From Podarcis melisellensis (taxonomy: Eukaryota): a stretch of DNA of 64,000 nucleotides. Below the pieces are notes generated by a model, which made no database searches, had not been told where the DNA came from, and saw nothing but the letters and a program-made list of their open reading frames with translations. Positions 12,201 through 23,378 of this stretch are shown here, piece after piece. Made by a program: the position numbers and the translations under genes. Location: assembly GCA_964234715.1 (NCBI GenBank), contig OZ174282.1; one strand, given 5' to 3'. Each line of letters begins with the position of its first letter. Position 1 is the first letter of the stretch.

Positions 12201-14205
12201 CCTTGATGTGAGCCATTGACACGCACACCCCACTTCCTACCTGCAACACCCAGCCCCAGTGGCACTAAAGGATTACAGAATCAGAGCTAAAGAAACAGGT
12301 TAGTCCCCCTCCTCCAGAAAGCTTGCCAACCACAGAAACCAGGCAACCATGATGCCTCTTTCTGCTTCTTACATGTATTCCAAACTGTGGAAAAGAACGG
12401 GCAGCTGCTCTCCAGTGCCAGCCCTTCTGCCTTCCAAGGGTGAAGGAGCACAATGCACTGGCCCAACTGGGTGAGGCCTCCAGTGACCTCTTCAATGCAC
12501 CAGAAGGTTCTCATTGACCTGCATGGGGATGGCACATGAACATGGAAAGAGTGCCCAAAGAAGCAAGAGTGCACGGTGGGTAAGTCATAGCCAAAGAACT
12601 GGGTCCCAACAGTATTTGTGTGAGAGTGTGTGTGTGTGTAAATGCTGCTGAGTTCCTGGAACAAACTCTTTCTTTGGAGAAGCACCTTCCCTCCTTATTC
12701 CCCAAGCTTTATAAAAATAGAAAGAACACATGTTCCCATTAGTCATTTGCTTGAGGGGAGCTTTGGGGTATGTGCTGACAGTCTGTACATGGAGGCCTAA
12801 TTTGAATACTATTTGCATATTGCAGGTAGACAAAGTGCCACTGTCTTAACAACACTCACAGACAGGCAGGCAGGCAGGAGGTGGAGCTGAACAAAGCAGT
12901 GTGAGGAAGACCCCCCCATGACCCCCCCTGGCAAGCAACCAAGTCAAATCCCAAGCAGCAGCTCCCTCCACCCACTCACCAGCACCACCCCCGGCAAGCA
13001 ATGCCCAACGTGGCCGCCGTATTCAGAGATGCTTTTAATTAAATGCTTGCTTGCCAAGAGTGGTTTGTAGATGCCTAACAGAGGACACGGCTTCCCTCCA
13101 GGGAACGTTACAGGCAGACACGGTCCCCCTCCCTTGATAACACCATTTGCAAGTCCTGAATGAGGAAGAGGAGGGGGCGAAATTTTCTGGAGGATACAAG
13201 CCAGTTGGTACTGCCTGACGCTTCTACCCCAGGCCAGAGATTTGAAAGTGTCCTGAAAGCCCCCTTCCAGAAGCCCCCTGCCCCTGGCATCCTTTGATCT
13301 CATCCAGCTGAATAGCCTCTGCCTTGGACATAACCTTGGGGAGTTCAAAGGTTACGTTTGAAGGATGCAATCAGTGTCCGTGCGAGACAGAACAAGAATG
13401 CGAGTGGGAGGGCTCCTACAGGTGCCTCCATTATCGATGGACCACTTTGCATTACAGGATGTGAAATGCTGTTCATGTCCCCAGTGCCTTTGATCTGACC
13501 TGACCTCTGCAACCCCGTCAGGCCCAGCGGTCAGTAGTTATCAGCTGTCAATAGGCAGCGGAAAACGTTCCTCATTCCGACCTGATCAGCTGTTATTACT
13601 ACAACTCCTATAGATCAACTAATCAGCTGCAAACCATCAGCCTCAGATTTTGTGACTTAGCCTCAAGAGAGTGTCAGATGCTGATTCACCTCTAGTTCCA
13701 AAATATGCCAGAAAACAGAGAGGCGGCTTGCAGCCTCACCCCAAGGATGTAGGCCACTTATACACCAGCAATAAAAAAGAGAGGGTGATAGATAATTTGC
13801 ACATGATGATTTTTATATATAGATGCAAATTCATAAATAATTGCTAGACGTCAAAAGAAATACATACATGTTACCACCGTGGGGAAGAAGGCTGTGGTCA
13901 GGGGCCCTGTGTGACTGCTCAGCCTATTGTCCAGGAGCTGCTCACTACTGCTGGCTGGAAACTTCCAGCCTTCACCCCTGCTCTCCTTTCTTGTGACTCT
14001 TTATCTTTAAACCAGGCTTGGACTGGGCATGCCATCAAAAAGAGAACTATCCTCTGCAAAGTAGGAGAGCTGCTCCCCCCACCGTCACTAGGCTTGCTTG
14101 GAAGTCAGCTCCAAAATTCCAGTGGAATTCACTTCCAGGGATGCAATCATGCGTAGTGACACCAGAAGGAGGGAGATAGATACTGAACTTCAGCTTCCTC
14201 TAAAC

Positions 14206-14341
14206 CAGGGTTTCCCAAACTTGGCCCTCCAGCTGTTTTTGGACTACAATTCCCATCCTTCCTGACCACTGGTCCTGCTAGCTAGGGATGAAAGGAGTTG
14301 TAATCCCCAAACAGCTGGAGACCCCAGTTTGGGAAACCCTG
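14206..14341. mobile_element. 136-bp palindromic hAT (Charlie-like) MITE
   Basis: Perfect TIR cagggtttcccaaact / agtttgggaaaccctg. Perfect 8-bp TSD ctctaaac at 14198-14205 and 14342-14349. Confidence 0.93.
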
Positions 14342-15164
14342 CTCTAAACCTTCCTATTAACTAGCTTGCCTTAGCAAAAAGCACAGTACCTTGGGGTCAG
14401 AAATGGTTTTACTGAGACAAATAGCAGGCTTCATGGCACTTCTGTGCCAGTCCAATGATGATGCTCTGGAAACACTTTTGGTTTCGATGGTGGCAGAGTT
14501 GGCAACAAGTGGTGTAAGAGCTTTGGAGTGGAAGGACACAAAGTTCAGAGAGGAAGGAGGGTGTTGCTTTTGACACTTCCTAGTGGGATTTGGGGTTAGG
14601 CCTGGAGCAACAAGTGCCGTGGAAGGTGAAGGCCAGGAAGACCTTCCAGCATAGCCAGAGAGAAAAAGAGTCTTGGAAGAGGGTTTGGGATGCTGAGAGG
14701 CTCCAGACAGAAAGACAGAATGCAGATGGCTGCATTCAGAAAAGAATTAATGAGTAGGTGTCTTCTACGACTGTGATAATTACCAATTTTCTGTATTTAT
14801 GAAAATGTCATAAATATTGAAGTGTGGCACTATTATCTCTATAGATACTGATTTAGCATGAATATGGAAATTTGTTAATTATCGCTAAAGCTGTTCATTA
14901 AATTCTGAAAGTTTTTTTTAATTAAAAAAAAACAGCAAATAAGTATGTCATTTACTCATTGCTTCATTGCTTCAAACCAGACATTTCCATATTGACCTGC
15001 TTTGTTTGTTTGTTCCTTTCATGATGCAGGTAGAAGAGATTCACTCCAAAGAAAAGGTTCTCTCTTGCTGCACAAGCAGAATTATGCAGTTGCCCTGATC
15101 CAGCAAAGGAAACCCATGCACAGAAATAGGATTCAGCGCTGTGCGTTCAGAAGGAGAAGGACAG

Positions 15165-15365
15165 CTGAAAGGCCCAGCTGGATCAGACCAAGCCAGGCAG
15201 ATCCTCCTGCTCTAGTTTTCTGCTTTCCACAGTGACTGCACAGATACCTCTGAGATCCTCAAGCATGACACATGAGCACAATTAAAGGCCCCTTCCACTG
15301 TCACTCCCACTTCCCACCAGCAACTGGTATTCAGTGGCATATTGTCTTTAAATCTGAAGGCTGCA
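15165..15365 (-). mobile_element. CR1 LINE 3' UTR fragment
   Basis: gctggatcagaccaa...cagcaactggtattcagtggcata is homologous to the CR1 tail at 38215-38385. Confidence 0.55.
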
Positions 15366-16895
15366 TCTGCTAATCTGGTTTCTGGGTTGCAGCTACCAGA
15401 AGAAGAGTTCAGGTTGCAATCCTAAACATATTTTTTTCATGTTCACACCACCCACAAGTCCCAACTCAAGCCAGGCTTTTTCATATACCCCTTCCCTGCC
15501 ATTGCTGCACTCCAGATAGAAATGCAACAATATCCCCTAACAAGTTCATTACGAAAAAAGGATAAATAATCAAGACAAACAAAATCACAGAACAGACAAT
15601 TTCAATAATCAATACAAAAACACTCAGTTCCTAACAATTCATTATACTAGAATAAGTAACAATGCTGTAATGACAGCATTAAGCGGCAAGTCACAATTCA
15701 TTCATACGAACAAGCAAAAATCACCAGCAAAGCTTGGCAAAAATTAATACAAATAAATGAAAATGCCAGTGTAATCGGTGCAATTAAGATGTTAAATGCA
15801 CAATCTTATTGAAGGCAGAGGGACTTCTGAGTAAACATGCTGAGGACTGAGCTGTCAAATTAGGAAACAGAGGGAGAAATGCACTACTGGCTGTGAATGC
15901 CTGCTTGGCAAAGCAGATACTCTGCTCAGAGGGGAAATTTGCTACATTCTTTGCTCTCTTGGGCCAAATTTCTAGGCCTGATAGAAAGGAAAGTGCAAAG
16001 AGGGCTCAGCAGCGGCCAGAGAAGGTCTGTGAGAGGGCAAATCTGTATCTAGTCACCAGCCACGCAAACTCAAATCATCACTTGTGCAGAGCACAGATAA
16101 CATATAATTTGGGAAGCCGGGAGAAGCCTTGAGGAATCTCCTATTGGAGCAGATGGGCCTATGGACAAAAGCGAGCTGCACTCTAAAAGCTGAACTTATC
16201 CTACAGCTGCCCTCCCTCCTGCCAGTGCAAATCTGGCAGGAACTCAGGAAGCAGCTGAACCACTTCTTGGTGTTCAGCCTCACTGCAACATTCCCAAGCG
16301 GAACATGGGCGCATCGCATTGCTCTGATCTGCACATCAAACCACGCAGAAAGTAACATGCAATTATACAATTAGGCTGATAACACAAGCCTCCAGTTAGT
16401 GTTTATTCCTCTTGCCAATCATGCTGCTGGCTGGGAAACAGGCCTCTTGGAATTTGCAGCTTGACAGCATTTTTCTCTTCCATTTGCGGAGCCTTTGCAA
16501 CCCTACCTCCTGGTGGAGGTTTCCATTTCCTTGGGGCCCTTAAGGGTTTCCCATTACGAAGTCAACTGGAAATGGGATGGACTTAGTCCCATCTCCTGTG
16601 TGAACAAGGATGAACAGGGCTTTAATTGGTCCTTTCCTCCCTCCCTAGGAACAGGAAGCCCACCCTCAACGTGCGCATAGGCCTTATGTTGTGCAAGAAG
16701 GAGCTAATAGAGCTAATATTCTCCCATCTCATAGCATATTCAGGACAGTTATCTGCAAGAGCATATATGTTGTTTGCTCTGCAGGCACAGGCACCCACAA
16801 GTATCCCTATGGGGACCTACTGTAGATTGAACCGGTCAGGGGTAATGTGCTCTTTCGTCACAGGATTGAGAAACAGCACGGCCCCAGCCCACCGC

Positions 16896-17409
16896 CAGGG
16901 GCGGAGGAGGGGGGCAGTCCGCCCTGGGTGTCATCACTGAGGGGGGTGACATTTGGCGCTCCGCCCGCTCGTGACTCCCAAACGTACCCCGAGCCATCGG
17001 GGGAAGGGGCAGAGCTGCACTGCCTTGCCAGTGGCCTTCCCCCCTTCCCCCTTTGTTTTGACAGCTCGAGGGAGGCTTGGGAGTCGCACCGTTGACCCCT
17101 GCTCCCGGGCTGCTTCCTGCGGGAGGGAAGCCTCCCCTGAGCTGTCAAAAGGAAGAGGGAAGGGAGGAAGGCTGCTGGCAAAGCGGTGCAGCTCTCTCTC
17201 TCTCCCCCCCCACCACCACCCAGGAAGCAGCCCACCATGGGGGTGGCTCGCTCCACCCCCCATGGGCAGCTCGTTCCACCCCCATGGGCATTTTGCTCCC
17301 AGGATGCTCGTTCTGTCCCCTGGGATGCTTGCCCCGCCCCCATGGCCCCGCCCCTGGGTGCACAGCATGTGTGACGCTCCGGGTGCTAGAGTAGCTAGCT
17401 CCGCCTCTG
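16896..17409. mobile_element. 514-bp GC-rich non-autonomous hAT element (Tip100-like termini)
   Basis: TIR caggggcggag / ctccgcctctg. 8-bp TSD cccaccgc / ccgaccgc (7 of 8). Internal inverted repeat at about 17011-17078 versus 17128-17195. Confidence 0.8.
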
Positions 17410-17675
17410 CCGACCGCTATCCATCCGACCTGCCCACAAAGACCTGCCTGTCCTACTCCGTTTCTTCTTTCTTAATGGGACTGGCTTCCCCACTCTTTCC
17501 TCTCAGTCATTTCAACCTCCCACCTTAACTCACTGGGCTCTGGGACTGCTGGCTCTTCCTTAATACATTTGTAGATTAGCTGCTCCTTCCATTAGCAAAT
17601 TAGAAATCCTCCACCCCACTAGTTAGGGAGAGGTTTCCTCTTCCTTTCATGCGTGTCTAGATCCCAGCCTTGCCT

Positions 17676-17885
17676 GCAACAACAGCAGCAAGGATACTAC
17701 TCGCTAAGAACTGGAAAACTCAAGATCTACCCACACTGGAAGAATGGCAGATGCAAGTGATGGACTATATGCAACTGGCGGAGATGACTGGCAGAATCCG
17801 AGACCTGGGAGAAGAAAGGATAGAAGAAGATTGGAAGAAATTCAAGATTTATCTACAGAAGCATTGTGATTTAGTGGAATGTTAA
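17676..17885 (+). pseudogene. LINE ORF2 C-terminal coding remnant
   Basis: Open frame ATTAARILLAKNWKTQDLPTLEEWQ...WKKFKIYL* starting right at the 5' TSD. The start called by the ORF track lies in the TSD. Confidence 0.75.
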
Positions 17886-18182
17886 GAAGGATGCTTGGTT
17901 ATAAATAATTGGCCATCACTAAATTGGATCAGGACTTGATGATAAGAGAGATTAAGAGAAACAAAATTTGTAGGAGAATTATTTCAGTGTATTTAAATAT
18001 TTGGTTATAAAATTGAAAATAAGATGATAATTTGCTTGACAAAAACTTATTAATGATGTAAGTGGGAGCGGGGGATGTGAGGAAGTCTAAAGATGTTATG
18101 AAATTATGTAAAAACAAAGCAACGCTGTTTGTTATTTTTGTATTTCTTTTATTAAAAACTTCAATAAATATTTAAAAAAAAA
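17676..18182 (+). mobile_element. 5'-truncated L1-clade LINE (ORF2 C-terminus, 3' UTR and A-tail)
   Basis: Perfect 18-bp TSD tagatcccagccttgcct at 17658-17675 and 18183-18200. AATAAA at 18163 followed by an A-run. The encoded peptide is typical of squamate L1/Tx1-like ORF2 C-termini. Confidence 0.9.
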
Positions 18183-19599
18183 TAGATCCCAGCCTTGCCT
18201 ACCATGTAAGCGTCCATGCCTCTCGTGAAAGAGGGACCATTTTGAATCAAATTCTGTGGCTTTTCGGGAAATGGTTGGTTCTAGACAGCAATGTCCCTAC
18301 GTTTCGTTAAGGAGAAAATTCATGGTAGGGGAAGTGTAATTCACAAAAAGAGATTAACAGAAGACAACGGTGGGCATGTCAACCAGAGCGTGGCAGGGCT
18401 CACACCTTCACAGCAGAGGCTGTAGGAGAGGGTGGCTTGAGCAGGACAATGACTGGGAAGGGCAGGAAGGATGGGGGCTGCCCCCAAATGCAGAAGCAAA
18501 CCCGCTTCCTCCCAGTTTGTGCTGTATCAAAACAACTGGGATCCACTTTGAGCCTTCCAGAGAAGGTGGGTGTGAAATAATCGAATGGTCACGCAGAGCA
18601 CCCACTCAGCTCTTCCACCATCACTGCTTTTGCAGTTGTGGCAACCAGTTTCTAATGGCCATCTAATAATAATAAAATATAATTTACACAGATCGCTATA
18701 AAGAGTGGGTCATTCTGAGGTTTTAAGTGGAGTCACAAAATCTGGGAAGCTGCATATTGAAACAAGATAAATAAAACCCCAGGTGGATCCCCTCTTTCTA
18801 TGGCACAGAACTGGTCCTTGAGCTGTGCACAGCTAGTGCTAGTCCCAGGCTATCAGGAGGTACTTACAGTTCAACGACCCTTCAGGAGCTCTTTGGGGGC
18901 TGCTCCAGAATGGCCAGCAAAGGAGTCCTACAACACTCCTGTACCATGTCTCTAAACTCAAACTGCCTGTGCACTTGAATGCCAGCATTTCAATATCAAA
19001 GGCTCAGGTCCCTTGGTCAATGCTGGGGATTACAAGCTTTATGAAAAATCAACATGCAGATTGATTTTTGGTCAGATAATGTTTTGCCATGTTTTGAACC
19101 CAAGGATGATAAAGGCATAAACTGTTCAATTTCTCCCAGATGCAAAATTTACCCAATGTAGCAGAAGCTTTTTGTGCACCTGAAAGTCAAAATAGCTTCT
19201 GACAAAAGTTAGGATGGAGAGCAAGCCATGAATGCCTGAGGATTCTACCTGACAGAGAGTTTAGAAGAACCAAAATGAAACCTCCAGCAGCCAGGTGAGA
19301 TACCTCTCCTGGGAGATGCGAGATCCTGAACAGGGCAGAAGGCCCAACCACCCGGCCACTCTGTGCCTCTTATCTCTTCCTTTCATTGCTTTAATCTAGC
19401 CTGCAGGTCCATGCTGAACAAACCCCAACAAGATGCTGTGCATACTCTTCTGAGACTCCTTTGCAGGCAACAACCCCCAGCCTTTAGTGTGCTGTTGCAG
19501 TCCCAGCAACAACACCCAAAAGAGAGAAGGACGTTTTGTGCTGCTCAAGAGTGTCCGTTTAAGCCTTCTTGGTCTCACGCGGCAGAGAGGCAGGATGTG

Positions 19600-20165
19600 C
19601 AAAGAGTTAAACAGCTCACATTTCCATTACACTTTGCCACTGGGCACAACGAATTTGATGTAATTAAGAACCATTTAGGAGGCAAAGTGTGAATGGATCC
19701 AACTGCACTTCTGAATTTTTAAACGGATCCTAAGTGGGAGACAGTGGCCGGCTGCAGCCTCTCTCCGGAACACAAAGAGCTGCTCCTCTGCCGTGCTGAG
19801 TGGAGCCCTCGGAGCAAAGGTAGGGGATGGGGGAAGCAGATTACAAAATTCAGTCACATTTGAAAATTTTCTGCTACAATAATTCACTTTATGTAGAATT
19901 AATGTGGCTGATTGAACGTTTGTGCTGCAATTTACTTATAATTAACATTTTATGGTGAACAGATTTCACCATCGCCTTCATGCTGGGAACTCCGAGCCAT
20001 AGGTCAAAAACAGAGATGAAACAGAGAAGCACAAAATATTCTCACTGAAATATTAATGAGATTTTAATTTACTGCTTTAAAAATACATCTTTCATCAACG
20101 TCTGTATATCAAATCATTATTTCAATTTCCCCCCTCAAATCACATTAAAACTATAATGAACTTTT
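19600..20165. promoter_or_regulatory. Putative conserved non-coding element/enhancer
   Basis: Repeat-free, AT-rich, dense TAAT/ATTA and TTTTATGG motifs. Compositional inference only. Confidence 0.45.
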
Positions 20166-22322
20166 CTGGCCTTTGAAAAGCTCTGAGGGAGAGACATTTG
20201 TTTTGAAGGAACATCCCTGGGGAGGAGCGCCAAAGCACCCCCCTCCAGCCCATGGCTCTCTGGCTGACCAGGACCATTTACTGCCCGACTCTTGGCCCAC
20301 TGGCTTCTGCAGCCATTGCTGCACTCTGGAAAGGAAGGTAAAGTGAGGGTCAGTCAAGAGGCTCACCCAAGATCCCCTTCTCCTTACTGAAAGCCAGGGC
20401 CCCAGGGACTGAAGGGAAACTCCAGCTGGCCAGCCCTACATATTCACTTACTGGTTTTATTTCCCATTGCTTTGAGATGTTTCTCAGGAATGGGGGTGGG
20501 AGAAGCAGGGGGGGGAATCTAGGCTGCTTTTCAAAATAAGGATTTCCCCCCAAGCAACACACAACATTAAAAGCAAAATTATTAAAACAAAATGTAAATT
20601 CAAAAGGCAGCATACAAACATTTGAACCTTAACAAGTAAACCATTCCAAATTCAAAGCCACCCAAATCCACAGTCTTCAACAGCAACAGCTAGCAGCCTT
20701 TGCAACAGCCTCAGGTGCTGGATTGCCACTGCTCAAGTAAAAAAGCAGTGTTTTAAGGTGTATTTGTGAAGATATCCTGCTAAGGTTGCCATATGTTCTC
20801 TTTTTCCAGGACACGTCCTCTTTTTCATGAGCAGAGTTGTCATAGCAATCCATAGTTTAAAAGTAGAAATCAGCAAATGTGTCCTTTTTTTTTTTTTTTG
20901 CTCTTCAAAATATGGCGACCCTATCAGCTGAATGCTGAAGAGAAGGGCACAGTGAATTTCTGCCTGCCACACTGCTGTTGAAGGTAAAAGAGCCTTGCTC
21001 TCCTCCACTGCCAACTCTTAAACCATACCAGTGGGTTTCTTGAGCTTCAGAACCAGTTATGTTCCTGTAGCTATTGCATCCATTGATCTTAGGCTGGCAA
21101 TATGACATTCAGCGCTAGACCAGGTCTGGTATTTCAGATGGCAGAGGCGGGGGTGGAGGGGTCAAAAGAGATTGAAGAATTACAGCAGTCAAGGCTCAGA
21201 TGCTGCCCGAGCTTGCATAAATTCAAGATTAAATTGTTAAAAAGCATTCTAAGAGCATTTGCTTCGGTTATTTATTTAAATCTCATAATAATAAGTACAA
21301 CAATGTCATCAGCCCAGGTCAAGCAGGCGCCCTTTGATTTTACTTTTTTAGCAAAAAGGATTTGATGCTTTGACATTAATGTATATACCAGAACAATCCA
21401 TCCCCAAGAATTTCCCTAACCTACCCTCCTGAAAGCAATTAATCCCCCTCCCATGTTGCTGCTACAATCAACTGATCAGCATCTACATCTGTATTTCCCT
21501 TAAAAAAAACCCAACACACCAAGAGCCTGAATAACAACACTAGTCTACACTGCAGGGTTGTCATGCACTACTCTTTCTCAATCCTCCCGTCACCCCCACT
21601 TTAGCAATATTAGTATAGCAACTCTGAGCTATTTTGCATGGCTGATGTAATCCATGCTTTCTCAACCATAATATCCTCCGTGCAATATGGATATACTAAT
21701 CATGGATTTTATTTGTATTTCCATTTGCAGGGTGTCACATGAAATTAATCCTGTGCTACGAAGAGCATGAAGTCCTGTCCTCATTGCACCCTTTTGGTTT
21801 GGCTGGACATGCCGCTGCCTGGTCACTGCTACACTAAAATCCTGGATTTCCAAATTATTATCTCTGATCAACAATTACTTGTCTGTTACAGAAGAAGAAA
21901 GCATCAAAAAGACTCAGCCATTCCTTTATCTGTTGTTTTGAATCTAGCAAAAAAAAAAAAGTTTGAGCCACAGAGCTTCAAAATGACCCAGGAAGTCCCT
22001 TCTCCATTGTGTGCAGAAGGGGTTTCCTGGGTCACGCTGGAGCTGCTTTGTGCTCTTCTCTGATGTGTGGGTCACTCTGCATTTATCTGTAGCACTTGCC
22101 AATCACAGCGGTGATCACTCACAGCCTACAAACACTGAAAAGTGGGAACAGGCTCATATTTCATGAGGCTTTTGGGGGTGGGGAATAGTGCCTGCACAGC
22201 TTGCTTCATAACATTTGTTCTACAAGGGCTAGAAATTTACTTTTAAAAAAAGAAAAGAAAGCTCAGAGTCTGCTCTCCTGCTGGCTCTGGGCTCGGTCCC
22301 TCCTTCTCTGGTTGGGTGCTGC

Positions 22323-22610
22323 AGGAAACAGAGAAAGTGTCCTTCTCTTGAGTCAGGCCATTAGGTCATCTAGATCAGCACTGTCAACACTGACTGGCAG
22401 CAGCTCTCCAAGTTTCAAGTTAGAGGAAATTCCCAGTCCTATCTGGAGGTGCCATTGTTTCTCCACTTCTAATTTTATTATTTTCAGAAGCATATAATAA
22501 TATAATAATATAATAATATAAACCTTTGTATATTGGTGGCGGTGCAATTGTGGATTGAACCAGGGGCCTTCTGCATGCTGAGCAAAGGTTTGACCATTTA
22601 GCTACAATGC
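22323..22610 (-). mobile_element. tRNA-derived SINE (same family as 8120-8308), split by a 78-bp insert
   Basis: Reverse tail/body at 22323-22458. Reverse head ggattgaaccaggggccttctgcatg at 22552-22610. Confidence 0.7.
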
Positions 22611-22619
22611 GCCTTCCTA

Positions 22620-22665
22620 TGAACAGGATGCTAGACTAGGTTGGCCTTTGGTCTGATCCAGCCCT
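22620..22665 (+). mobile_element. CR1 3' terminal fragment
   Basis: aacaggatgctagactaggttggcctttggtctgatccagc is the CR1 terminal stem-loop motif. Confidence 0.55.
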
Positions 22666-22838
22666 AAGGCGCTCCCGCCCATATCACATCAAAAACATTC
22701 ACCGACATTTCTGCCTCAGAGTTGTAGGCTCTTAAGTTCAGTCACCACTAGCAAGGAGTGCGGCTGGCTATGCAGAAGAGGATATTACCATTATCATACA
22801 TACGAACTGGGGAGGAAATAAGATGGTAACAATAAGAA

Positions 22839-22889
<51 letters not shown>

Positions 22890-22900
22890 AAGAGAGAAAG
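22839..22900. repeat. (CA)n(GA)n microsatellite
   Basis: Read directly. Confidence 0.9.
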
Positions 22901-23217
22901 AAATCAAAGCAACCTTTCCTTGTTTCTCTCGTAATAATCTGGTTTTTGCTGCAAAGATTGCAAGAACAGCCCCCTCACACACCATCCCCTACCAATCCCA
23001 GGCCTCGCTTTGAGTTCATTCTGTGCATTTACACATTCTGAAAGAAAGAAAGGAAGGAAAACCTAATGAATATACTCAAAACAACAACCTTGTCTGTGTT
23101 CAAAAGGCCCTGGATTTTGCTCCAAAGTTGCTGTTCCATAGTAGAAAGATAGAAACATCCCTGGGAATTATTACTAATTTTTAAACAGCACTAAAGAATT
23201 AAAGCACAAGAGAAAAA

Positions 23218-23378
23218 NNNNNNNNNNNNNNNNNNNNNNNNNNNNNNNNNNNNNNNNNNNNNNNNNNNNNNNNNNNNNNNNNNNNNNNNNNNNNNNNNNN
23301 NNNNNNNNNNNNNNNNNNNNNNNNNNNNNNNNNNNNNNNNNNNNNNNNNNNNNNNNNNNNNNNNNNNNNNNNNNNNNN
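23218..23378. other. N-run, 161 nt
   Basis: Read directly. Confidence 0.99.

Noticed and set aside
16847-17528. Stack of overlapping ORFs up to 191 aa
   Set aside because: Caused by a GC-rich, stop-poor, internally palindromic hAT element.
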